Shown here one piece after another: positions 39,440 to 50,180 of a DNA stretch of 64,000 nt. The notes beneath the pieces were generated by a model. It was given only the letters and a program-made list of their open reading frames with translations. It made no database searches and was not told the origin of the DNA. A program made the position numbers and the translations under genes. The DNA is taken from assembly GCA_964016885.1 (NCBI GenBank), contig OZ024743.1:10354001-10418000 (forward strand), given 5' to 3'. The stretch comes from Eledone cirrhosa. Its lineage: Eukaryota. How positions within the stretch are numbered: the first letter of the stretch is position 1; each line of letters begins with the position of its first letter.

Positions 39440-39600
39440 CTTCTATACAGTTTCCATCTAACAAATTTCACTCGCTAGGCATTCATCAAACCATGGCTAT
39501 AGTAGAAATCACTTGTCAAAGGTGCGACACAGTGTAACTGAACCTAAAACCAAATGGCTGTGAAGTGAATCCCTTAACCACACAGCCATACCTGCACCTG
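39440..39600 (-). mobile_element. Older tRNA/CORE-like SINE
   Basis: Minus strand GGCTGTGTGGTTAAG...GGTTCAGT...CCTTTGACAAGTG; related remnants at ~23380 and ~26965. Confidence 0.55.
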
Positions 39601-40427
39601 TACACAAAATAAGAATATTTAATGAATTACTTAAGGTTGGAAATTCAAGGGTTAAGATAAACATAATATTCAAGACAGAACATGTCAGTGGGAAGCATTT
39701 CAATAGCCAAGTTGAAGTAATAATTTTCATGAAACAATTCATACAAAAATATCAATAATTATAACAATGAATGATGTATGCATCTATTATTAAGTTGTAG
39801 TTGACAACAATGTTTGAATAAGTGCCATATTATATATAAATAAAGTATTGTCTTATTTAATTTCATGTGGCTGAGAGAGAACTAGGTCCATTTTTGTTTT
39901 TGTCTAATTATCTTAATCTCTGTTGGTTGCAACATGTGAAAATATGTGTGTGTGTAAGAGAGAAAAATAATCAGAATATATATCAGAATGTGTGAGTGGT
40001 GAGGGAGAGGATGAATCTTTTCTTTTTCTTTATATCTGTGTGTAGTGTATTAGTATATTCATATATTTGGGGTTATTAAATGTATATGAATATGTGTGTG
40101 TGTATGTATGTATATATACTGTTGAAACGGCAAGAGCTCAGTCGTCAGGTCCCATCTCTTTATAATATAACCATACTCTACTACTCTGTTGAGAATTGGT
40201 CTAACCAGTTTCAAACTGATTCCAACCTGATTTATATATATATATAAGGAAAAGAAATTGAAAATACAACAGGAATCTTTTAAGAATATTTATTTGCTTT
40301 ACCGGTTTCAAAGTTCTTATGATTATCAAAAGTAAAATTGAGATGGAAGGTTTGTGTTCCTGTTGTGTTATGTCTTGCATCAGCGCGAAATTTTATAAAA
40401 ACACCTTGTTTTCTTATATATATATAT

Positions 40428-40775
40428 GGCAACATGACAAAAAGCGCCCAGCCCACACTCTAAAGTGGTTGTGATGGTGACACAACAAAAAAGCACCTAG
40501 CCCACATTGTAAAGTGCTTGTGTAGGTGTCACAGCAAAAATTATCAAGTACACACTGTAACGTGGTCATGAAGGCATCATGACAAAAAGTACCCAGTACT
40601 CACTGTAAATGAGGTTGGTGCTAGGAAGGGCATCCAGCTGAAGAAACCAAACCAAAATCAATTCTGTATGAGCAAGACATGGTCACCTGACCTGGCATTG
40701 CTCAGAACAGGATAACTCATCCAACCCATGCCAGAATGGATACATGGACGTTAAATGATGATGATGGTGATGATA
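40428..40775 (+). mobile_element. RTE-B-like 3'UTR or SINE body with four diverged ~56-bp subunits
   Basis: Repeated AAAAAGC.CC.AG..CACACTGTAAAGTGG units, then AGGAAGGGCATCCAGCTG and the RTE terminal motif plus (GAT)n. Confidence 0.7.
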
Positions 40776-42779
40776 TTATTTTTTCCTGCTCCCACTTGCA
40801 ATGTATGTTTACAGGTTGTTTGAGTATAGAATTAGCAGCAGACATTGAGTACTTACATATATCTACATATCTGTTTGAATTTCTCCCTCTGAAAATAGGA
40901 AAATAGGAAATTATTATAATACAATGTTTCATTTTATCACTTGGGACAAGCAACAGTGCTACAATGATGCTGTTTTTGAGACTGTTTGAGTTTTATTATG
41001 TGCAAAATTCAATGGATCTAATCATTACTGTAAGGTATTATAATAAAGCCAGTAGCAATCAATAAGAAGAATGTTGTCCCCTTTTTCCACTGTAATCTTG
41101 ATCATAATCTTCAACACTAGAATTATATAGAATTACAGATTAGAATTTTGCATTTTCCCTATTCACTCAAGTATAGAAATAATTAAGACATGGCTGTTAA
41201 TACAACAGTTTGTATATTAGTTTGGTACATTTACATACATGTTTATAGGCATGTATGCATGTTTCTCTGTGTAATTCCAAGTGACATATAACATTACTAT
41301 GCTAAAAAGAAATAGCTGTAACTGCACAATGGAAAGCTGTGGAAATCAATAAGAACTGGAAATTATAGATACTGGATAAACAATAAACTAGCAAAAGACA
41401 ACTGTTAACCATGACATTGTTTAGGTTTGGTGAGTTCCAATAGACAATATTCAAGGACTGTTTCATATAATCTAACAAATAGATTGAGATGTACCAGAAA
41501 TAGTTGTTTTATTGTAGCAAAGTAGAGAGTGAGGAAATAGAAACTGCTGAGTTTGAACTCAACAGATGTAGAGCTGTTTCTTTCTCTGCAAACAATATCA
41601 ACTAATATGATTAGGATAGTCGTGCAGCTCAAATTCTGAACCAAAAGACAAGTAGCCATTCCAACACTGAAATAGATTTTTCTTCTTTTTAGAATTGAAA
41701 GAGAATTGTAAATTTGATTTGCAGAAAATAAATCTGAAATGAGTGGTAGGCAGGCTATGGTGGTGCAATTGCCATTGTTGTTGTTGTTGTTGTGGTTGTT
41801 GCTGTTATTGTTGTTGTTACTGTTGCTCCTCATTTTGTTACTGATGCTCGATGTTTCTTATTTCATTTATTTTTATTTTTGTTATTCTTATTCATTTTCC
41901 TTATCTTCCTTTTTATTTTTTACTTCCACTTACCAGTTGGAAATCTAATTTTGAGTAGCTTCATAAATGTTGTGAAATGAAGTGCAAATCAACAGCAGTT
42001 ATATTACGAAAGAAACGAAACAGCGACTTGGGCAATAGAGGAGAACAACAGAGTACAAACTTGTGAGGAAGTAAGAGTAGGGACAAGAGAGATTGAGAAA
42101 GCGGCGGGGGGGGGGGGAGAAGGAAAGCGAGAGAGATTGAGAAATAGAGGGGAGTGGAAGGAAAGGGGAGAGACGAAAGGGTAAAAGTATCACAGAATAA
42201 ATGTGAAAGAAAATATAAAATAAGAGAAGAAGGTGAATAAAATTCAATGAAGTAAGGAAGAAACCAGAAAGGAGTAATTGAAAATAAAACAATAAAAAAA
42301 TTATACAGAGAATGGTTTGTAAGTTGGAGAAATAGAAATGGTATAAATAGAGAGAAATTGAAGGGAAAAGAGGAGGAACTATGAGAAGTACTGTGACACA
42401 TAAATTTTAATTCTGTTGGAGAGAGAACGAGTGAGGGAGAGAGGGAAGAGGGGAAAAGAAATATGTACATAATGAAAATAATCAATTATAAACCTAATCA
42501 AATCTATAACTGTTTCTTACACAGATATTGTGGATATAGAAGTGTTGAGATATTCATGGTACTCCCCAAATCAATAATGATGTAAATGAAAAGAAGTATG
42601 ATAGATGATTTCATCTGGGTAGCAATCAAAACTAGGACAAAAAATCCCTCTTGAGGAGGATTTGTCAGTACTTTAGGGCAGTTATAGCCATAAACTTAAC
42701 AAAATTAAGTGACTAACTTATATATATTTTACTGTTTCAGCCGAGACATGTTACATATTTTCTTTGCAAAACCTGAGAC

Positions 42780-43237
42780 ACTTGTCCTCTCAAGGAATCC
42801 TGCACTGTGCACTCTACATGTGAATGGAGTTCTGCTGAAGCAGGTGGAGAAGTTTCAGTATACAGTTGTGAATACAAGTGGCTGAAATGTGGTTTCTCTG
42901 AAGGGTCTTCAGTTACTTTACTTGATCAGAGAGTCACTCTATGTAGAGTGGCTACTTCTCCGAATTGGGAAATCACAGCTCCAATACTATGGGCATGTGG
43001 TTAGAATGTCTCAGGAAAGAATCACAAGACAGATTCTACAGGCAAAAACCAACTGGAAGGAGACCCAGAGGTAGACCCTGAGCAAGATGGTTGGATAAAA
43101 TCCATGAGCTTGGTTGGTCTTGCTTGGGGATCCAGCCAGATCAGTTGGAGATGGTTGCTTCTGACAGGACCTGCTGGAAGGAGTGCTTGAGGATTCTGCC
43201 CCCACGACCCTCTCAGGAATAAGCAGGTGAAGAAGAA
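42780..43237 (+). mobile_element. Old RTE family 3' fragment
   Basis: LQYYGHVVRMSQERITRQIL followed by RPRGRP-like coding. Confidence 0.65.
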
Positions 43238-43289
43238 GTATAATTATTATTATCATTATTATTATTATTATTTCCATTATTATTTTTAT

Positions 43290-45125
43290 TGCACATCATT
43301 ACTGCTTGAAGAGTTTACATGTGTCAATTTTTTACTAACAGTATTTTTCTTTTGCAGGTGAATGAAATGGATTCGGCCAGAAGATCTTACAAAAATAAGC
43401 CCAGATGCTACATCTGCGGCTACTTCAGCACTATTGATTTGACTGGGATCAACAGAAAGAACCGGAGCAGCCTGAAGTATCCTGATCTTGAATCAGAACG
43501 TCATCCTGTAGCTCAGGGTCAGGAAATTCCAGTACCTGTCTTCGGAGAACCTCCTGACATTAGTGATGAAGATTCTTCCAGTGCTGAAGAAAATGAAGAA
43601 AAAGAAGTTGTTTTTGACGATGATGCTCCACATTCTTTTCCCAAAAGGATCTAAATGATCTAGTTCGTGATCTCATCTTGTCAAAGTCCTCTGCCAAACT
43701 GTTGGCATCCAGATTGAAGGAAAAAATCCTCCACACTGACAGTTGCTCGCATCACCTTCTACTGCAACTGACATCAAGAGTACCTCTAGTTTGTCTCTGT
43801 TGAGAAGGACTTGATCTACTGTACAGATATTGCGCAGCTTTTACATGAGCTTGGAGTGCCACACTACCAGCCTGAAGATTGGAGATTGTTCATTGACAGC
43901 AGCAAACGATTGGGCTCTGCTGTACAACAGCAACCAGTTTTCCTCTGTACCTCTTGCTCACTCGACTAAACTGAAGGAGAAGTATGAAGCGATGAAGTAC
44001 ATGCTGGAGGAAATTCGTTATGATCAACATGAGTGGTTGATTTGTGTTGACCTAAAGATGTTGAACTTTTTGTTAGGGCAACAGTCTGGGTTCACCAAGT
44101 ACCCATGCTTTCTGCGTATGTGGGATAGTAGAGACCAAGCTCAGCATTACACGAAGAAGGATTGGCCTGTACGGAACAAGGAACGTCATAAACAACCATC
44201 TTGTGGACAGAGACAGGAGACTCTTCCCACTGCTGCACATGAAGGTCTGCTTGATCAAACAGTTCACTAAAGCTTTGGACAAGGATGGTGGCTGCTTCAC
44301 TTACTTGTGCCACAGTTTTCCAGGGTTGACCATGGAGAAATTGAAAGCTGGCGTCTTTGATGGTCCTCAACTCTGTCAGCTGATCAGAGATCCAGAGTTT
44401 GAAACCTCAATGAATGAAGTTGAACTGGAAGCACGGAAGGCTTTTGTTCTCATTGTGAAGAACTTTCTTGGCAACAACAAGGCCAGGAGCTTTGCAGAAC
44501 GTCACCAGTATACTGACTACTTTCAGTAACCTCGGCTGCAACATGAGCATCAAAATGCATTACTTATTCTCACATATGGATTGGTTTCCTGAGAATCTCG
44601 GATCAATGAGTGATGAGCAAGGGAAGAAATTCCATCAGGACATGAAAGAGATGGAGACCAAGTATCAGGGATGCTGGGATGCAGTCATGATGGTTGATTA
44701 CTGTTGGACTCTGATGAGAGACATTCCTGCTGCTGAGCATTCAAGGAGTTTGAAGAAATGAAAGTTCAAGACCTGAACTTTGAACAATGATGACCTAACA
44801 TCCAATTTACATGTACTTACCTTTATTAATCTCTACTATTCAATGTACACTAATCAATTTATGTAACATATAATTAATGAATTGTGTTAGAAAATGATTT
44901 TTTCTCTTAAAAACCTATTTCGGATGATTAATATTAACAAAAAATCAACCAAAAATGTCACAAAGATGTAATCGATTTAGTCAGAAGATCGGATTTATTT
45001 TAATCGACTTAGCACAAAACCCTGACCTGAGCAAGAAAAAGGGATGTCATTTTTGGATTCAGCAGTGCAAAATTGTCCTAAATCAGTTGAAAAAGCTTAG
45101 ACAACTTACAAAAGAAATTTTTTTT
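43290..45125 (+). mobile_element. Chapaev3-like (CMC/Transib-RAG-related) DNA transposase relic with 3' subterminal region
   Basis: Fragments CYICG, CVDLKMLNFLLGQQSGFTKYPCFL.MWDSR, PLLHMK..LIKQF, KLKAGVFDGPQ, NFLGN, MSIKMHYLFSH, SDEQG..FHQD..E..YQG; frameshifted. Superfamily assignment is from recalled motifs. Confidence 0.7.
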
Positions 45126-45170
45126 CTGTTTTCATTTTCCACATTCGAGTTATTTCTATCTCTATCATCA

Positions 45171-45202
<32 letters not shown>

Positions 45203-45784
45203 GCTGTTTATAATATACCCCATTATATCTGGGCAGTAACCTCATTAATCATTACGAGATTCAGCAAAGCTACAACTAAAGCATATATGGCCAGCTAAGG
45301 CACCAAACTTTGTCTGTATACATCAATTGTCATGACAACAGTGACTTATGCTTGCAAGTCATGGAAACAAAATAGTGAAATCTATAGAATTCCACATATC
45401 TTTGATAGACATTGCCATAGTTGTTCCTACATAGAATTTCTAGGGCAATATATGAAGTAATATTACTGTTTGATGGTGGAAAATGTTTAGTCATGTGATA
45501 CATATGTTCTCGAAGAAACCAGTGAGAACCTATTTTGAGTGGAACCCAGAAGCGAGACATACGAAGGGAAAGTAGGCCTATCAAGTCCCGATTAAGGTCT
45601 GTGAAGAAGGAACTTGTAAGCATAGGCCCAGTCTGGCCTAACAGCATGTTCATGGCTGTACAGGGGGAATATCTTTTATTGCCCAGTACAACCATTGAGA
45701 AGAAGAGGAACTAACTAACAATAGTATACACAAACTCAGATGAAACTAAATTGGTCAGCCCTAATTTGGATAACAATACAAATA

Positions 45785-46050
45785 TTTTAGTAATATGTTG
45801 TAAACTTACAAGCATGTGTTTTATTAAACTAGTGTTTATACTTGCTGGAATTATAGAGATGTAAAGTAAAATTATGAGCAAGTATTTTAGTAAGCAGTTA
45901 TCTAGGCTTGCTAATATTTTAGCAATGTAATCTAAACTTATGAGTAGGAGACTTTAGTAAATACTTGTTGAGGCTTGCTAACATATTAGCAATGTAAAGT
46001 AAACTCATAAGCATGTCTTTAATAAACACTTGTTTAGCCTTACTAATATT
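45785..46050. repeat. Diverged ~66-bp minisatellite (about 4 units)
   Basis: CTTGCTAA....TTAGCAATGTAA recurs at ~45840, 45905, 45972 and 46037. Confidence 0.65.
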
Positions 46051-46313
46051 GTAGATGAATATATAATATATCTCTACTTCTTATGTTATCAATGAGGTTA
46101 TCTCACTAGTGTTAGAAACTGTTTTACATAATCCTACAAATATGAGACTTGTCATAAAATACAATAGAATTCATAAAATTAAAATAATATTTTAATAAAG
46201 TGGAGAGATATGAGCTCCACATCTGGGACAGTGCCAAACTCAAAGCATCTAAACTCAACTTGCAGCACTCAAACATTTTTTAGTTGTTTTATATTTATTT
46301 ATTTATATATATT

Positions 46314-47147
46314 ATGGCCATGTTCGATATGCAGAAAAGGAACTGGCATAAATTCTATAAAATGCACACAATGCAGATCCTGGGTACACAAGAGATGTAG
46401 CGGGATAGCAGGAAAACTAACAGGTAGGGAGAAATATGTATGCAGTAGATGTACAGGGAAATTAGACAGTAGAAGTCGAATTGATAGACACATTTTTCAA
46501 ATGCAGGTGGGTGCTGTAGAAGTGGTGGATAGTTTCCGGTACCTAGGTGATCAGATTAGCATGGGAGGGGGGTGTTCCGAGGCCATAGTATCTAGAATAA
46601 GGACGGGTTGGAAGAAGTTTAGGGAGCTGCTTCCTCTGCTGACAAAGAAGGGTTTCTCCCTGCGTACGAAAGGCCGGTTATACGATGCCTGTGTGAGGAG
46701 CGCGATGCTGCATGGTAGTGAGACATGGGAAGCAACTGCAAAGGATATGTGACGGTTGGAGAGAAATGAGGCAAGCATGCTCCGTTGGATATGCAGTGTC
46801 AATGTGCATGAACGACCCAGCATGAATGTGTTGAGAGAGAAACTGTGTCTGAGAGGGATAGAATGTAGTGTACGGGAGAGGAGACTGAGGTGGTATGGAC
46901 ATGTGATGCACATGGAGGATAACCAATGGGTGAAGAAGTGCCAGGAAATGCCAGTTGAAGGAAGACATGGTAGAGGTAGACCACGAAAAACATGGGTGGA
47001 GGTGGTGAGAACAGACCTCAAATCGCTGAAGCTCACGGTGGAGATGAAGAAGGACCGTAACAAGTGGAGAGATGCTGTGCTGAATAAGACCCGTCCCACC
47101 CTTGCAAGCAGGGAAGAGCGAACGTAAAATGATGATGATGATGATGA
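46314..47147 (+). mobile_element. RTE subfamily C, 5'-truncated
   Basis: PHD-like finger, FRYLG, LHGSETW, RLRWYGHV, GRGRPRKTW; ORF runs into the (GAT)n tail. Confidence 0.92.
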
Positions 47148-47169
47148 TACATATGTTTACACATATATA

Positions 47170-47420
47170 TGGCTGAGCATTCAATAGACATGTGCACCCT
47201 TACCATAGTTTTTAGTGAGATCCAGCATGACACACTATGTGACAGAGCTGTCCCCTTGAATTTACAGGCGCAACTCATTTTTATCAAATGATTGGACTGA
47301 AGCAACTTGAAATAAAGTATCTCGGTCAAAGACACAACATGCCATCCAGTCAGGGTATTAAACTCATGACCTTATGTTTGTGAACCCACCACCCAAACCA
47401 CTAAGCCACGTGCCTTCACA
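47170..47420 (-). mobile_element. tRNA/CORE-type SINE with a different tail
   Basis: Minus strand GAAGGCACGTGGCTTAGTGGTT head and CORE-like segment. Confidence 0.7.
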
Positions 47421-47444
47421 TCACATATGTATAGATATATATAC

Positions 47445-47475
<31 letters not shown>

Positions 47476-47672
47476 CATAGATTTAGGTTTGTTGGTTCAC
47501 CACTGGATAGAATTGGTCATTCCGTATGGTCAACCTTGATGTAATATTAGGGAGAGCACTCAACGTAATGCAACTCACCCGTCTTCGTTTGTGTTGTTGG
47601 TGGTGCGAGTACGGAGTTAATTATTATAAAATAACAGGAGGCTGGACTGGTGTATTTCCTTAAAGGTTTATT

Positions 47673-47730
47673 ATACTATGAACATTTCAATGACCGGGTT
47701 CAGTATGAATCCGTTGACATCATCAGGTAT
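47673..47730 (-). ncRNA. Hammerhead ribozyme (inverted arm)
   Basis: Reverse complement of 47819-47876 with intact core. Confidence 0.7.
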
Positions 47731-47818
47731 TCGAAATTTAACAAATATAATCCATGGGGTTGAAAAGGCAAAGAGACAAGAAGGCAGCCATGGATTATAT
47801 TTCTTTGTTAAATTTCGA

Positions 47819-47876
47819 ATACCTGATGATGTCACCGGATTCCTACTGAACCCGGTCATTGAAATGTTCATAGTAT
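47819..47876 (+). ncRNA. Type I hammerhead ribozyme
   Basis: Stem I ATAC/GTAT, CTGATGA, long stem II ACCGG/CCGGT, GAAA, short stem III TG-TT-CA, TA. Confidence 0.75.
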
Positions 47877-47939
47877 AATAAACCTTTAAGGAATTACACC
47901 AGTCCAGCCTCCTGTTATTTTACAATTATATATATATAT

Positions 47940-48007
47940 CATTTCATTTTCATTTCATTTTACGTCCGCTTTTCCCTGCCTGCAAGGGTGGGACGGGAAC
48001 TGATTCT
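47940..48007 (-). mobile_element. 5'-truncated SINE family 2 tail with (ATGAA)n end
   Basis: Minus strand ATCAGTTCCCGTCCCACCCTTGCAGGCAGGGAAAAGCGGACGTAAA matches 24650-24698. Confidence 0.7.
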
Positions 48008-48032
48008 GTATATATATATATATATATATATA

Positions 48033-48718
48033 CTTTGACTTTGATAGGTTTCGACCAGTATTGGCCCAGGCCATGTCTAACTTAATAGCACCACCTGGCG
48101 AAGTCTTACAAATCAGTGTTTGGGCACCATGACCCACTCGAGCAGAGAGTTATTGTTTACAGAGGCATATCCAGGTGTAGGAGGCTTATCCGGGATTTCT
48201 TGAAGGAATTTATCCAAAGACTTCTTAAACTTGGTGGGGTTTGTCTCTGCTTTGTTGTGTTTTGGTGTAATGTTAAAGAGAGCAGGGCCAATTGAGGTGA
48301 AATAATTGTGCCGTATTGTTGTTATGTGATGCGAGTGGGATTTTTGTCGTGGGCGGATAGCACGGGGCCCAAGCCTTGGGTGTACACTAAAGGTGATGCC
48401 AACATCATTTGGGCTAAGCTGATGGAATATTTTCCACATCATACAGATAAAGTAGCACTCACGGCGACGTTGAAGAGAATAAAGTTTGAGCTTTTCTAAT
48501 CGATCCCAATAGTCAAGGTCTGTCATGCCATCTATCCTTTTTGTAATTGACGTTTGGGGTGCTTCAACTTTCATGATACTTTGTTTCGTGTGGGGAGACC
48601 ACAGTGGACAACAGTATTCAAGGTGGGGTCGGGCAAAAGTGGAGAAGAGAAGGATAACAGTGTGGATATCTCTCGACTGGAGAGTTCTGAGTATCCAGGA
48701 ACACATTCTGCATGCCAT

Positions 48719-48720
<2 letters not shown>
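48033..48720 (-). mobile_element. CR1/L2/Jockey-group LINE 3' fragment
   Basis: RPHLEYCCPLWSPH..YWDRLEKLKLYSLQRRRE..FKKSLDKFL; flanked by (TA)n. Confidence 0.8.
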
Positions 48721-48765
<45 letters not shown>

Positions 48766-48780
48766 GTATATATATATATA

Positions 48781-49997
48781 TGAAGGAAAATAGGGCACTG
48801 GTCCCATCTGGGAAGTGGCCATGCTCAGTGTGTAGGAAAGGAGTAGGCAGAAACTCCATTTTATGTCCCAAATGCAAAGTATGGGTGCATAAAAGATGTA
48901 GTGGGAGCACAGGTAAGCTAACTAAGAATATAGAATTTATATGTGGCCGGTGCTCAGGTGCAATAAGTAGCAGCAAGTGCCCACAGAATACTAGCTCATT
49001 CCATTGCACAGATGGTTCTATAGAAATAGTGGACACCTTCCGTTACCTGGGTGACAAAATCAGCAGTGGTGGAGGGTGCTCTGAAAGAACAGTAGCTAGA
49101 GTCAGAACTGGGTGGAAAAAGTTCAGAGAGCTTATACCACTATTGGCCGCTAAAGGGTTCTCTCTAAAAATGAAAGGCAGGCTGTATGATGCTTGCATAT
49201 GAACAGCAATGTTACATGGCAGTGAGACTTGGGCCTTGTGTGCAGAGGATATACGCAGACTGGAGAGGAACGAAGCTTGCATGCTCCGTTGGATGTGAAA
49301 TAGTAATATATGTGAATGGCAAAGCATAAATGAACTAAGGGAGAAATTAGGAATAAGAGGAATCAGATGTTGTTTACTCGAGAGAAGACTACGTTGGTAT
49401 AGTCACGTGATGCGCATGAAATACGACAGCTGTATAAAAAAGTGCAGGACGATAAAAATAGACGGTAGCCACGGAGTAGGCAGACCCAGAAAAACCTGGG
49501 ACGACTTGATAAATTCCGACCTCACACACTTACACCTCTCCAAGACAATGTCACTGGACCGAGATCTTTGGCGCTACACAGTAATACAGAAGACCCGCCT
49601 TGCCTAAGTACAAAGCGGAACCTACAGTCAGTAGGCACCTCTAACAAAAATACACCCCTGTCCCACTACCCCCACCCCATCCACACCACCCCCTACAATG
49701 TGAAGTTATGTTGGTACCACAACATCCAGTCCAAAACAAATGAGGGCGTGTAGGTGTCACGAAAAAAAAAATAACACAGTCCACGCTGTAATGTGGCCGT
49801 GTAAGTAACACTGTAAAAACCTCCCAGTCCCACACTGTAAATGTGGTTGGTGTTAGGAAGGGCATCCAGCCGTAGAAAACCCGCCAGACAGTCCTATACG
49901 AGCAGGAAAACCAATCTTGCCTCAAGTGGGAAAATTCCCGTCCAAACCCATGCAAGCGTGGAAGATGGACGTTAAACGATGATGATGATAATGATGA

Positions 49998-50000
<3 letters not shown>
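48781..50000 (+). mobile_element. RTE subfamily A, 5'-truncated, with stops
   Basis: PHD-like finger, FRYLG, GRPRKTW; 3'UTR with one 112-bp unit; (GAT)n tail. Confidence 0.92.
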
Positions 50001-50038
<38 letters not shown>

Positions 50039-50042
<4 letters not shown>

Positions 50043-50180
50043 GGCACATGGCTTAGTGGTTAGAGTATTGGCCCTGCATTCAAAAGGTTGTGAGTTCAAT
50101 TCTCAGGCTGTTTCTTTGAGCAAGACACTTTATTTCACATTGTTCCAGTTTACTCAGCTGTAGAAATGAGATGATAGGAC
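50039..50180 (+). mobile_element. SINE family 2 head (tRNA plus CORE), fused to the downstream RTE-B
   Basis: Matches the reverse complement of ~24823-24974. Confidence 0.8.

Larger units (their letters stand above)
47627..47922. repeat. ~130-bp-arm inverted repeat, each arm containing a hammerhead ribozyme (PLE-type terminus)
   Basis: 47627-47757 is the near-perfect reverse complement of 47788-47922, with a 30-nt spacer. Confidence 0.9.

Noticed and set aside
40118-40232. Possible permuted hammerhead on the minus strand (GAAACTGGTT and CTGACGA)
   Set aside because: Stems I and II cannot be paired convincingly.
47671-47878. Mirror-image 66-aa ORFs
   Set aside because: By-product of the DNA palindrome.
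48113-49202. Long ORFs 48113-49036 and 48525-49202 as fusion proteins
   Set aside because: Two unrelated, oppositely oriented LINE fragments bridged by a stop-free (TA)n tract.
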